Positions 25,101 to 37,984 of a stretch of DNA of 64,000 nucleotides are shown here, piece by piece. Position numbers and translations under genes: made by a program. Each line of letters opens with the position of its first letter. Position 1 is the first letter of the stretch. Source of the stretch: Enoplolaimus lenunculus (taxonomy: Eukaryota); contig JASANG010000424.1 in assembly GCA_030248215.1 (NCBI GenBank), positions 186,001 to 250,000 of the forward strand, read 5' to 3'. The notes under the pieces are model-generated. The model did not search any database and was not told the origin of the DNA. It saw only the letters and a program-made list of their open reading frames with translations.

Positions 25101-27310
25101 TTTACCTTCGATTGTACCTTGCTGTTGTATGATTGCAATGATAATTCATGTGTACTTTAACAGGTTTCATGTTAAATTTCAGGCGGCGGCAATGATTTGA
25201 AGTCAAAAAAGCCGAAAAGAGGTCACGTGTGTCAGTCACCCGCAAACTATAATTCAATTTGCTTCCTGAATAGTCCAGTTAATAAACTTCGAAACAAAAT
25301 CATTGACAACGCGAAGCTGACGGTATATTTTCGTCGTAAACCGTCCGATTTTGCAACGCAATTTGAAGAAACTCCCGTTATGTTGATTGAGGTAACGCAG
25401 CTGACATCCGATTAGTCTTTGAAAACTTAGCCAATGTTTAGAACACGGCCGTAACAGCAGTATAAGCATATTTCTAACCGTATCCCTAAGCAAAAAAATT
25501 AGTCTAAAGCTTACTGTATTGTAGGTGCACAGAAAAAAAAGCGTTACGCTTCTGATGAAAACTTTATAGCTAGCTAACCCTTTCTTGCATAGAGTATATA
25601 TACTATGAGCAACAAAAACACAAACAGTGTATATACAACATAAATATGCAATGAGCAGTGGTTGGCAATTATTACGCGTATGTGTAGTACAAAATCTCCA
25701 CGAGACGTGAGAGCCAAATCAGACAGAAACAAAACTATATTGTATTAAAAGTCGCTTTCAGAAGTGAAATTTTCACTATTGGGCCTATGATATGAATATA
25801 ACTATGTTTACTGGATAGAGCCTTATGAACCATTAATAATTAACTTTTAAATTTTAGGAAATGAACGAAGATTTTAATGAAATAATAAAGGTAAAACGGG
25901 TACCACTTGATTCGGCCGATAAACCAAACATTACAATAATGCTTACCGATTTCGCTGAGGACTGGCCAAGAAGAAAAAGTAATATATATTGCAGATGTCC
26001 CGGAGTAGGGCCCCGGTATCGGAGAATTATATATATTATATATATTATATATTATATATACATGTATATATGTGTGTTTAAGAACCTCGGTATTAATACT
26101 GATAGTGGTTAATGCATATTTTTAGAAGAAAGCAGAGTATGCAATGTTTCAGATTTGAAAATCAGTTCAAGAAGTCAAAACATTTTGAAATCAATGTGCC
26201 AATAAAACTGGAACGCCCGCATTTGTGTAACAATTTCAATGTTAAGAAGACCCTTTTGAATAATTCAAAATTTAGTCTTGCAGACGGAAGAATTTTTTAC
26301 CAACGAACATGCTGACGGGCCGGGCATGGTCATATCATTGTAACTGTCATTGGCACAGTATATAATCTTAAAACACGGTAATAATTGCTAGTACTCGCTG
26401 TAAGGTGTGTACAATTTTAAAGCTGACACATAACGCAAAATCGGCGTAGGCCTAGAAAAACGTTTCTTCACCTATGAGCAATTATGAATTTGCCATGATT
26501 GCTCAAATATTTTGCTTTTATTAAATAATTTTATGGAACATTTGGTTTATGGATTATTAATTTCAAAATAGGATTCTAGACAATACCATTAACATCCGGA
26601 TATCAGTACCAACTAGTCCGTTTGGGCCCCAACCACTGTTAGCTCGACGCTTGCCTTACTTAGTCATCAGCTACCGTACGCTGGAACGTTCAAAATTTTC
26701 AACAAAACATGGGCCAAACGATTCGGCTACAAATCGTTTTCATCAGAATGTTGCAAACCATGAGCACTATGACAACCGTGTTCATCAATCTCCTCTCGAT
26801 GAACTCAGCAGCAGTGGCATAGCAACCAACTCGAACGAAATGATCGATCTTGGTAACAACGAAATGATGGATCTTGGTAACAACGAAATGATCAATCTTG
26901 GTAGCTCAGCACAGCACCATACTAACCACGAATTGGACAACAACGACAGAAAACGTCGCAGTCGCCATGGCAATAACGCAGCAGCAGCGTCATTAGCAAC
27001 CGACCCTAGCGACCGCCAAGAAAACAATTTCCATGACAACACAATCCACGATCAACGATGTCATCTTGTCGAACACGTAGTTGATTTTGAATCAATCGGT
27101 TGGCATGAATGGATTGTTGAGCCAAAACGCTACTATGCGAACTACTGCGCAGGACACTGTCCGTATTCGGCTATTCCTGATAGCCAATGTTGTCATCCGA
27201 CGTACGAAACGTCACTTCCGTTAAACATTATTTATTTTGATCGACTGTCTGGACCACCAAAACAACGAGCGATCCCTGAGATGATTGTAACCGGATGTAC
27301 ATGCCGCTAA
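22151..27310 (+). CDS. TGF-beta superfamily ligand precursor, 5 exons, ~538 aa
   Basis: Exons 22151-22367, 23808-24146, 25183-25391, 25858-25978, 26580-27310 join in phase. Hydrophobic signal-like N-terminus; prodomain motif AKLTVYF; basic sites RKRNKR and RKRRSR. Mature domain RCHLVEHVVDFESIGWHEWIVEPKRYYANYCAGHC..CC..EMIVTGCTCR* has 7 Cys. The exon 1 donor and exon 5 acceptor were chosen by phase. Confidence 0.88.
22649..22903. mobile_element. Family A MITE with exact 8-bp TSD, in TGF-beta intron 1
   Basis: GAAGGAGC at 22641-22648 and 22904-22911; TIR GGCCAATGTAAAGAACAAGGGCGGAAC / GTTCCGCCCCTGAACTTTACATGGACC. Confidence 0.9.
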
Positions 27311-27741
27311 GGAATTGTGTTAAAAAATAAACCGCTAAGGCTGCATTGTATGGCCCTTGTATTAATAATGGACGGTCAGTTGTTCCATGGAATTCTTATG
27401 CAGTAAGCTTTAGATTTAGGCAAGTTTTCTGCTTAGGCTTAGGCTTAGGTCCAGGTATACTCTAATCCGTACGCTAAGGCTAAGGCTTAGGCTTAGTCTT
27501 TAGGCTTGAGAATCTACTGTTACGGCCCTGATCTATACATTGACCCATTTTATTAAGTAAGCAGATGTATATTGAAGTTGAAGACGCAAACGAAACTTTA
27601 TCCCTATCTTAAAAAATGGGCGGATTTTGCAAAATGTTTTTTGCCTCAACTTGTATTTGTTGGAATATTTTGGTATTTTCTTAAATTTTAAAACAGTCGT
27701 TTAGTCGATATGCAATTTGAAACCAAGATGTACATTATGTT

Positions 27742-27912
27742 CAGTGTGCGGATCCAGGATCTCAAAATGGGGGAGGCAAAATTTCACAGGTAATAGCTTA
27801 CTTTTGACCCACACACAAACCACGAACTATTGTCAAAAAATTGCTATATAATTTTTGTCGCGATGCTGTTGGGGGGCCACGGCCGGGGTGGCCCCCCATG
27901 GATCCGCCATTG
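27742..27912. mobile_element. hAT-type MITE with exact 8-bp TSD
   Basis: ATTATGTT at 27734-27741 and 27913-27920; ends CAGTGTGCGGATCCA ... TGGATCCGCCATTG. Confidence 0.8.
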
Positions 27913-28200
27913 ATTATGTTGCAACAAGAAACACTGCGTCCGTCTGAGCAAAAAAAGCGTTTGTAGGCGTTTCACGGAACTAAAATTACCGCAGTATGGT
28001 GAGTTCATTGTGGTGGCAACAGTATTTTGTATTCACGATCTGGATTAATATCAGTATTGTGTGCGTGTCTGTGGGAGCAGAGTAAATTGTCAAAATATTT
28101 TGAATTTCAAAAATAAAAGTACAAATGTTCAATGCATTTATAAACGTAGAAATCGACATGTAGACCGCATGGGTTCATCCTGAACTTGAGTCTTAAGGTA

Positions 28201-28420
28201 CATTGCAAAAAATGGTGAGTTAAATTGACTTTCTCCGAAATAGGCTATTTGGGACAACAGAAACTGAGTCAAATTCGACACCGTCAAAGTCAAATTCGAC
28301 TCACTGAGCGAGCGATTGAGTGGAATTTGACTGTGGCGGAGTCTAATTTTGACTCAGTTGTTGTAGTGTGGAAAAACCTATTTCGGAGAGAGTCAGTTTG
28401 ACTCACCATTTTTTGCAGTG
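28201..28420. mobile_element. Family C palindromic MITE (TA-flanked)
   Basis: CATTGCAAAAAATGGTGAGTTAAATTGACT ... AGTCAGTTTGACTCACCATTTTTTGCAGTG; nearly the whole element is an inverted repeat. Copies at 58257-58456 and 62522-62646, halves at ~17670-17738 and ~21513-21600. Confidence 0.85.
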
Positions 28421-28511
28421 TAGTCATAATTTATTGACCAGTAAACCTGGGCGTAAAGCCTAAACCGAAACCTAACACATTTCGAGTCTTTAAATCCTGC
28501 CAGGTTTAAGG

Positions 28512-28663
28512 TATCCTACTGATAGCAGTCCCTAAAATTTGCACAATTCCCTATGTGATATCTATACCAGGATCGCCAAAACCAGGTTTAATGTATCCTA
28601 CTGAGCAGTCCCTAAAATTTGCACAAGTCCCTTTGTGATATCTATACCAGGATCGCCAAAACC
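28512..28663. repeat. ~80-bp direct tandem duplication
   Basis: tatcctactga..gcagtccctaaaatttgcacaa.tccct.tgtgatatctataccaggatcgccaaaacc twice. Confidence 0.85.
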
Positions 28664-28915
28664 TTTTTTGTTTATGGTATATATGTTGTAGGCCAAGCTG
28701 CTATTCTGGCCAATTACCAATAGGCCTATACGCCAATCTGCTATTCGAAGCAAATAGCAGTTTGGCCTAGGCCAATCTGCGACTGTGAAATTTCGCAAAA
28801 CAACAGTGATGTATACCAACGATGATTGGTTAATGGTATTGCGTATGTCCATAATAATTGCTTACTGAATATTGATTGCGACTCAAAACGGGGACCCCCT
28901 GTTATTATCCCCTTT

Positions 28916-29119
28916 GGCCAATGTAAAGAACAGACGCGGAAAGTATTATAAGCATACTCCTACGCATAAGCCATACCTAAGCGTAAGAATGAGCATATTC
29001 CTAAGCGTAAGCCTAGGCCTAAGCCTACGCCAAGCAAAAAACATTAGTCTAAAGCTTAAGCTTTACTCTATTGCAGGCCCACAGAAAAGTGTTCCGCCCC
29101 TATAATCTGTACATGGGCC
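28916..29119. mobile_element. Family A MITE nested in the right end of a family B fragment
   Basis: GGCCAATGTAAAGAAC ... TACATGGGCC with cccctt on both sides, splitting the B-type sequence ggggaccccctgttattat...cttattcgtgtcaatacac. Confidence 0.8.
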
Positions 29120-29319
29120 ACCCCTTCTTATTCGTGTCAATACACTACCGGGGACACATAATTATCACTTTATACGTAAAATTAAAATTTAAAATTCGAT
29201 CTAACTTTAAAATTTCCACTAGAAACCAGTACTTTATTTTTGCACCAAAAAAAAGAATGTGCGAAATTTCGGTTTCCAATAAAATTCAAAGTATCCGGTT
29301 ACACTACACGTAGCCTGTA

Positions 29320-32300
29320 ATGTTTATCATAGCTCGCCGCTGCGTTTTACTGCGTATAAAAGCATCAACGAACAGTGTTTTTCTAATTTTAACCTTCTCC
29401 ATAATTGGTTTGGTTCAGTCTGAACAGGTACTTATACGCTATTAGGGCCGTAATTCTAAAAATCACTAGGAAGTCCATCTTTAATAATTTCTGCATAAAC
29501 TGTAACCCGAATAAAAGGGGAAGGTACTGATATTATTTGACCTCTCAAGAGGGTACCCCCTGTTATTCGGTTACGGATTTTGATTTATTTTTAACCCGCC
29601 CTCGGCCACTCTTCGTTACTGATATATATCCGGTATTGCAACTGTTCGTTGAATTAAACGTGTTTTGCCTTGCATCAAAAGCTTGAGCGATAATGCAACG
29701 TTATACTTTGGAATGTTACTTTCAAAACTTAAGTACGCTTTAAAGTTTCGAACTCAACTTATTTTTTCCTGGAGTCATTTATGCGCTACATTTAGGAGTA
29801 ATTGACATTTATGGACTCTAATTAGGGTTAAGGGACTCTATCCGCTTACGGACTCTTATTACGGATACGGACTCCTATTGATTGGAACTCAAAATGTGGA
29901 CCCCTCTCGTTTTACTCCCTCGGGATACTACAGTACTCCCTCAATTCTACAAGAATATCTGAATATTTGAGAGTAGAGTAGCTATTTGGTTTCGTGCATA
30001 AAACGTTGAACCAATGTATAGAACAGGGACTTGTAACAGTAGAATCAGCATATTCTTAAGCCTAAGAACCGAAAAAACAGATCATATATATAAGACTAAA
30101 CCCAAGCTTAATGTATAAGAAAAATAGTCGAAAGCTTAAGCTTATTCTATTGCAGTCACGCAGTAAATTGCTCCGCAACTGATACATGGGACAAATGTTA
30201 CTACCACAGAGCAATGCAATTTGAAAATTAGAGAAGTCGAGTATTGTTCACATTCAAACTATTATGATAGTCGTTGTAATTTTCGAATTAAGAATTTATG
30301 CAAATTGTTTGAAAAAACCCAAATTCAAGATTTTAAGAAAATTAATAAAAAATCAAATTTATGAATTTGCGCAAATTCCTGAAAAATCAAAATTAAGAAT
30401 TTATGCAAATTTTTGAAAAATTAAATTTAAGAATTTAAGCAAATTTGTGAAAAACCAAATTTAACAATCGCAGTGGTCAGCGAATTTTTTAAAAATCTGT
30501 GTTACCAAAATTTCCTTCCGCCCTTCATACCAGAAGTCGTCTAAGCCCCCTCTTGCATATATACCGATTTATCTGCGCATGAGCCAATGTTACTTTTAAG
30601 ACTGTAACAGTATATTAAGCGAATTCTTAATCCTAAGCCTAGCTTAGGCATCGAAAAACTGTATTCCTAAGCCTAAAGCCTAAGCTAAAAATGTAGTCTA
30701 GAATCTAAGCCTACACATTTACAGATCTACCAGATCCTGGGACGGCCTTAAAAGTAACATGGGTTTGCGCATTGGCTTTTTTTGAAAATTTTAGGCCAAT
30801 CGCCAAGTAAAACCAGCGAACCAGAAATTCTTTGATCGTCGATGTATTTGCGTATGCCAGTATGACAGTGTGACGTTCGAAAAGATAACTTTGGAAACCG
30901 ATGCATGGTCGGTTTTGAACCGTTTTCAAAAACGGCACGGCTTTCGCACTAAGCCTAAGCCTAAAACCTTTTAACTCAGAATAACCTGAATTCACTCTCA
31001 CAGGTCCAAGCTTTAGAATTAGGTTTTTCAGAATTCAGAATTTGCAATTCGTTTCAGCTGATTCTGAGAGTTAATTAATCAACTAACCCAGTATCAAATC
31101 AGCTAAGAGTGAGTAAAACTAATTTTTTTCTCTGCGTGATTATAATTATTAACTCATCGGAATTTACAGTGTCGTGTCAGAAGCTTATAAGCCTATATTT
31201 GCTGTTTACGAGAATAGTGTTTTGAAAAGATTAAGTCCACACTGTAAATTCCAATGAGTTAAATAAAATCAGCTCAGTTAGCGAGTTAGTTTTTTTCTGA
31301 GTAACAATAAGCATTAACTATCAGTGTGCAGAGTTGAGTTCATTTTCAGTCTCAGTTGATTTGATTCCTGGTGAATTTGATCATTTATCTCAAATTAAGT
31401 TGAATCAACTTACAATTCCGAGTTCTGATAGTCGTAACTCATACTGAGTGGTTCAACTCATTCTGAGTGATTCAACTCATTCTGAGTGATTCAACTCATT
31501 CTGAGTTAAAATCAACTCACTTAAATTTGCAGTGTAACCTTAAGGTTTGAGCTATGTAACCTTTAATGTGCCGTTCAGCGCCGCGCGGTGTCGTTAAATA
31601 ACAGTGCGTAACCGAATAGCAATTGTTACTATATGTAGTTCCAAAATAAATACCTGTGCTCCAATTCGGGTAACTAGAGTACATGCACCTATATTAATAT
31701 TTTAGCAGCTGTGGTAATCCAGACGTGTTACCTTCGAGTCGTGGTGAAGACACTGACGATAAAGGAAGGTCATCTAAAGGAATTTGCAGCTATTTTTGCC
31801 ACTGTCAAATACAATATCGAAATACTGCAATTGTTAAGGTATATGTCGTTAATGCCATACTCAAATACGATTGGTTGATGTGCATACTTTTTTTCTGATT
31901 GGCTACGTAATCGCCATCTAATGGCACCTACCAGCTTGTTTTACTCAGCAAACCGGAATCAAGCAGAATTACGAATATTAAGTAACCAATTAGAAAACTC
32001 GCAGATTTATCTGACATGATTCCGCCTTGGGCTTGGCCAAGTCGTAATTCCGCTTTGGACTAGCCCACTTCGGAATTGTGCTGAATTACGACTTGGGCTA
32101 CGACATATATATACGACCGAATTTCCTTCGACCGAAACAAACACTTTATGTAACCTCAGGTTCAAACAGCCTACAGTGTTTCATAAAAATCAATTCGCCG
32201 GTTCGCTAAGTACAAATCTTACAAAACAGTTTAAATTTTTTGAAATTTTAACATTTATTCTTTTCACGTAATGCATCGACCACAATAATTTGTGTACACC

Positions 32301-33348
32301 ATGTCATACAATTTTCAACTGTTCGAGTCGTATTTAGATTTATAACAGTTAACATATTTAATACTTTTAGGCAGTTGTTTTCGGAACAATCGGAGCAATT
32401 GTGTATTGTATATGTGCTCTGTTTTACATGGTTTGTATACAACCGTTACCACGCCGAAGAGGGCCATCCCTAGACGTAAATGTTGGAGACCAAATAGAAT
32501 GGAGTCCTATTATTGATGATGAATACGACGACAGCTTTGACGAAAAAATTGAGGTATACATTATATAGATGTATATCGTATATTAAATACCCTTTCAGTC
32601 CAAATAACATCTGAACCAATCTGAATGTCAGTTGTTCCGTACAGATGGAAGGATGGCATTTAGAAGGTGGGAAAATAGAACAGGGTTGGGGCTGCGCTAT
32701 TTTTTGACAGACGGCGCCGTTGGGTGCCGTCCGTCACCCGCACGGTACTGTCCGACGCCGTCCGTCACCCGCACGGTACTGTCCGACGCCGTCCGTCACC
32801 CGCACGGTACTGTCCGACGCCGTCCGTCACCCGCACAGTACCGTCCGACGCCGTCCGTCACCCGCACGGTACTGTCCGACGCCGTCCGTCACCCGCACGG
32901 TACTGTCCGACGCCGTCCGTCACCCGCACAGTACCGTCCGACGCCGTCCGTCACCGTGCGGTGCCATTCGTAACCGCGCGGTATCGTACGCAAATGACTC
33001 ACGTACGATAACGTACGGCGACGGACGGCGCCGCACGAGTGCAAAACCTAAACTTAAACTTCTATTAAATAGCGGCAAGCAATGATGTTAGCCCTATAAA
33101 GTTCTGCCTTAGTAATATATACAAACGTTTGTTTTTAACATTTGTCAAAATTCAAAATTTACTCAAATTTATTGAATTCGTATTATTTTAAAATTTATTT
33201 TGTTCAGCAATCACATCACGAATTGTCAACGACTAACATCCGCCGGAAAAGTCTTCTGGATCGCGCAACTGAAGCACAACGACACTGGTTGCGTCGCCTT
33301 AGCGAGCAACAAGCGAACGTCTATAACGATAGAGCTGTGTTAAATTGA
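29320..33348 (+). CDS. TMEM9: TMEM9/TMEM9B-family single-pass membrane protein, 5 exons, ~225 aa
   Basis: Exons 29320-29427, 30795-30907, 31706-31838, 32371-32553, 33208-33348 in phase. Signal peptide; FFDRRCICVC; CSC; FCHCQIQYRNTAIVK; TM segment AVVFGTIGAIVYCICALFYMVCI; C-terminus SLLDRATEAQRHWLRRLSEQQANVYNDRAVLN*, matching the TMEM9 pattern [27 protein letters not shown]. Confidence 0.85.
32726..32955. repeat. GC-rich 31-bp tandem array (7 full copies plus 1 partial) in TMEM9 intron 4
   Basis: Unit gccgtccgtcacccgcacggtactgtccgac at 32726+31n; units 4 and 7 share the variant cacagtaccg. Confidence 0.95.
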
Positions 33349-36300
33349 CAGAAAAAAAATAGAAATGAGTTCAAAAATAAAAATATTAAACCAAAAAATT
33401 TCCCAAATTCAAAGTTTAAAATATTTTAATTCATAAATCATTTTTACTTTTATTTCGTGTATAAAATTGAACCAGTATTACAAAAATCAGACCAGAGTTT
33501 TAGATTTTGTTAAATTTGTTCAAAAAAATCAACAAACAGTCTCTAAAACAAGCATCGGAGACGGGGTAAAAACAAACATATGAGCGAATTCTTTAAAATA
33601 TTCCACACTGTAAATTTTAATGAATTGATTTTAACTCAGAATGATCACAATTCTGAGTTGATTCAACACAATCTGATTTAATGGATCATTTCCCACGGAG
33701 TCAACTCAACTCACAATGAGAATCAACTCAACTCCAGAGTGTGTTGTTTTGAAGTTTACTGTTATTAAATCAGAAATAACTTTCCGTATGAGTTGATTAA
33801 TGAACTCATTGAAATTTACAGTGCCTACATTTACTCATATATCTATCAAGTTAATAAACAGAAAAAAAACAATAAGTACAATTTCCACGTTTCCCGCAAA
33901 CAGTTAAGCATATTAAGGTCATTGTCTACGTTACTTCGGCCTTGCCGTAGGGTCACTACACAACCCATTTGCAATATTTTGACCTACTCTAGCGGGTTAA
34001 GCTGACAGCGCTCATGATTCACCCCCTGTTCGCCACACACACTTATCTCTCGCAGCAATGTTGCAAACTTTCCGCTCACAGAAATATACATCTTTACCCA
34101 TAATATTTCATTTGAGAAGTGTATAACTTCATTTGAACGTTACTTACAACTGATCGGAGCGAGCGAGAAAATACTTTTCAAATCCAACCGTTTATACTCT
34201 AAAGGCCTGTAAGAGTGTCTCTATTGTTGTTCCTTAAGCAAGATAATACCCGCCTACATCCCCTCGTGGATCACAAAATGTACCAATAGTCTTGCGTATG
34301 GTCTAATACCTAAACCGGCATAGACACAACTAAGCTACGCTACGTCATCACGTAGTACACGTAAACCGTTGGTCAAATGAAGTTTAAAAGTTTAGCATAG
34401 CTTAAACGCAATTCTACTTTAGCCTTAATATATAGAGCCCAATAGTGAAATAGTTTCTTTCTGGTTTTCGCCTGTTTTAAATTCTATACGTTCGTATATA
34501 TATATATATATGTTTATTATAATAATAAGTACAATAATAAAATATAACTACAAACAGGGCGATTATAGCCAGGATTTCAATTCGGAGTGTAGAATCTCAT
34601 TTAAAAGTTTTTGGGATAGGGAATGGGTTAAAAAGCGGAAAGCAACTTTTTGACCTCTAAGATCGAGCAGGTGTACGCTAAATATCAACTTGCTTTCATA
34701 GTGTTTTGTTGCTAATCCTTATGCGTATTGAACTGTGAACTGGTAGAAGTTCAAAATATAATACAGGCATAGCTTAAGCGTTGAAAACGTGTATAAACCT
34801 GAGCCTAAGCCTAAGTCTAAGCAAAAAATATTGTCTAAAATTCAAACCTCCTCTTTTGCCATGCCAGTAATGAACGGGACAACCCTTAAAGTAACATGAA
34901 CCATGAACCAAGTCCTGCTTGCAAATGAGAAAATTTTGCGCTGTAAAAACCTGTAAAAATCATATTTTTTGGTTTGTTCAGTTTTCAATCCCGAGACTCA
35001 TATACTTCATATACACCCAGGGTCGGAGCAGCCACCCCCATACACTTTTGACAAGTATACAGAATTTTAGTAAATTTTTTTTGCTATATTCGAAACGTTT
35101 CTTGAGGAGCCAGTTATTTAAAGTTGCGGCCTTGTTTCAGATCAGCATCAAGCAATTGTCCTGTTGAAGTGGCCAGATTGAAACTTTTCACACTTTTAAG
35201 GTGCCACTGTAAATTCTAGTGAGTTGATTTTAAGTCACAATGAGTTGAATCGCTCAGTCGAAATTACAACTTTCAGAACTCACAATTCTAAGCTGATTTA
35301 ACTTATTCTGATTTTATTATTAATTAACGTCCTCGGAATCAACTCAACTCAAAGTAACAATCAACGAAACTCACAGAGTGAGCTAAAGTTTTCTATTGTT
35401 AACATAGAAATAAACTAACTTTCCGTCTGAGTTAATTATTAATTAACTATTTGGAATATACAGTGTGGTTTTTTTAAAACCAAGATTAAAATTAAATGAC
35501 TCTCTTAAAGTACTTTTGCTTTTATCATTCAAATGCTGCAACTACTCACCTATCACTCGTCATTTTCTCTTTAAGTAAGCCACTCAAGGTTTAAGCTAAA
35601 ATCTCGGCAAAAACGCACGTTCTGTAGGTTCGTAGCGAACCCAACAAGGTTTCTGGGGCCCAAATCATTTTAGGTACAACATTCGAGAATTTCGTGATAC
35701 TTAAAAAGCCGAACCAGAACTGGCTTATAAGCAGGAGAAAAAAAATTTTTATCAAAGCTTTTCAGTTTTTTCCGTTGGGGGGGCGGGCCCACGGCCAAGC
35801 TGGTTTAGACTTTTGATTGTTGACTGGGCTTTTTTTGCCAGTTTTCTGGTTCATTGGCATAATGCTTGCGAGCGGTAATAACCAGGCGAACGAACCGGCT
35901 CTTGTTAACGGTGCAAACTTTTATCGCCGTGTCACGTTTTAGAGAAAGCAACTCGTTTTTGGGTAATTTAGCTAGCAGTAGAGCTTAATGCGCTTGCTAG
36001 TAAACACAGGTATTTGATTGGGTAGTTTCGATTAGTCTAGCGGGAATCGGATTGGTCGTTTACAAAGCAGGCCAGTAGCCAGCTTACCTTTCTGACGGCG
36101 TCTAAGAGTTTTGCAGGACGGGCATACAAGAGTATTTGTTGACTTGAGGTCGAAAATTTTTTTGGAGGCTAAAATTTTTCCGTGTGGGGGTTGAACTTCG
36201 CTACCTTCCCGGTTCGAATTGTGCGTTTGAAATTGAAAGCCGATCAGGTTGTATGACAATATTTATTAATTTTTAAATTTTTCTTTTGAAATCAAAGTTT

Positions 36301-37984
36301 GGTGTATTACCAGGGTCGTCGTCGGAACTAAACAGTGGTCCGATCAGTAGACGGACACCCTTTTATCCGGACGGCTATCGATTCGTAGACCAATTGTCGA
36401 CACATCTTTCGGTCCGGTCAGTTTGAAACCAAATCTGGCCGCGGTAGGGCCAGACGAAGCGTCGACGACAGTCTTCATCTTTCCAGCGCGTAGCCAGAGT
36501 GGGGCCAGGGAAGTTCAGCCGCTCGAAAAATCCCCCCACTGCAAAATTTTTAACCTTACTTGTAAGTCATCGAAAGACCATGTATGCCTCTCCTGATGAA
36601 TGCTCAGCCCGCATAGCAAGGTGAGCTGGCTACTGATTGGTCAGCTGGTCATTATTACCGAAGCATGGCCGCTTAGCGCCGTCTTTGACTTGTTGCGCTG
36701 GCCTCGGGTTCATGTTAGAGAGGCTTAACTTCAGAACCTGTTTGGTGGGTTAGCCCTATGCTGGCGCGGTGGCTGTAATTGCGATATTTGTGTGATAGGG
36801 CGAAAGTTTACCCAACGCGTAAACAGTAAATTTCAGTAAGTTCATTTTAACTCAGAATGAGTTAAATCACTCAGTCTGAATTAGGAGTTGTCAGAACTCA
36901 GAATTTTGAGTTGATTCAATTCATTCTGAGATAAATTAACCAACTCACCCAGAGTTAACTCACCTCAGAGTGAGTTAATGTTTACTGATTTTAATTCAGA
37001 AATAAATAACTCGCTAGCCGAATTGATTTATCAACTCATTGGAATTTACAGTGTAAAGTAAAATGTTAGGGCAACTCATTCAAAATGTATTCGTTTATTA
37101 AAATTGATTATTTCGTTGTAAAGAATTTGATGCGTCAGTTGAAGTTGTAATTAACCTGAGCTGATTGTTTCGTCGATCTGTCTTTAATAAACTGTTGGGA
37201 CTCAAATCCACGTGTCATTGTAAACTCCTCGAAGACGCATATAAATAGGCCCGTAGCCGGCTCACCTGATAGGTGGTGGCTACAAACTAAGCCTAAAGCT
37301 TACTTAACCCTAAGCGTATAACAATGATCATTTTCCTAAGCCTAAGCCAAAGCCAAACAAAAACCTTAGTCCAAAGCTTACGCTTACTCTTTTCTTGTCC
37401 CACAGAAAAACGTTCCGCCCCTGATCTTTAGACCCTAAGCGTATAAGAATGATCATTTTCCTAAGCCAAAGCCAAACAAAAAACTTAGTCCAAAGCTTTT
37501 ACGCTTACTCTTTTCTTGTCCCACAGAAAAACGTTCCGCCCCCGATCTTTAATACATGGGCCAAAGTTATCAGCACTCTTGACAAAGAGTTTCTGTCTCA
37601 TGTTCATGAGAACATTTGAAACGACGATTCATACGTGTAATAATTGTTAAACACTGTGTATTGTACACTATTTCTCATATAAAAAATTTCACGACTGATT
37701 CGGTCGAAAGAACACATCCGGAATGTGGGCGTCGACTATTCTGGCACATGTGAGGCCTTCCGTTTTGTTCCTTATGACATTTGTAAAACTGGGGTCAAAG
37801 GTCCTGGTTTCTATGACCACCAAAATTTATGGACCATATTTTCATGGTTAAGCAGTAGTATACATGTTCATGGTTGCTGAGAACAATAGCTCGGCGTGTG
37901 TTATATCTGTGACCCCCCAGTGGGATTAAGCTAACGTAATACAATGATGTGTTTTTGAGACTGTTCTTTAGTCTCTTATTGCTT

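Noticed and set aside
32632..33085. Three overlapping ORFs and a CRISPR-like look
   Set aside because: Head-to-tail 31-bp tandem repeat with no unique spacers and no cas genes; it lies in an intron
33900..37800. Possible small exons (34149-34206 minus, ~35020-35160 minus, ~36314-36415 plus, ~37690-37782 plus including RFVPY similar to the SETD9 N-terminus)
   Set aside because: Could not be chained into a stop-free, phase-consistent model; the 37.7-kb segment lacks an acceptor AG
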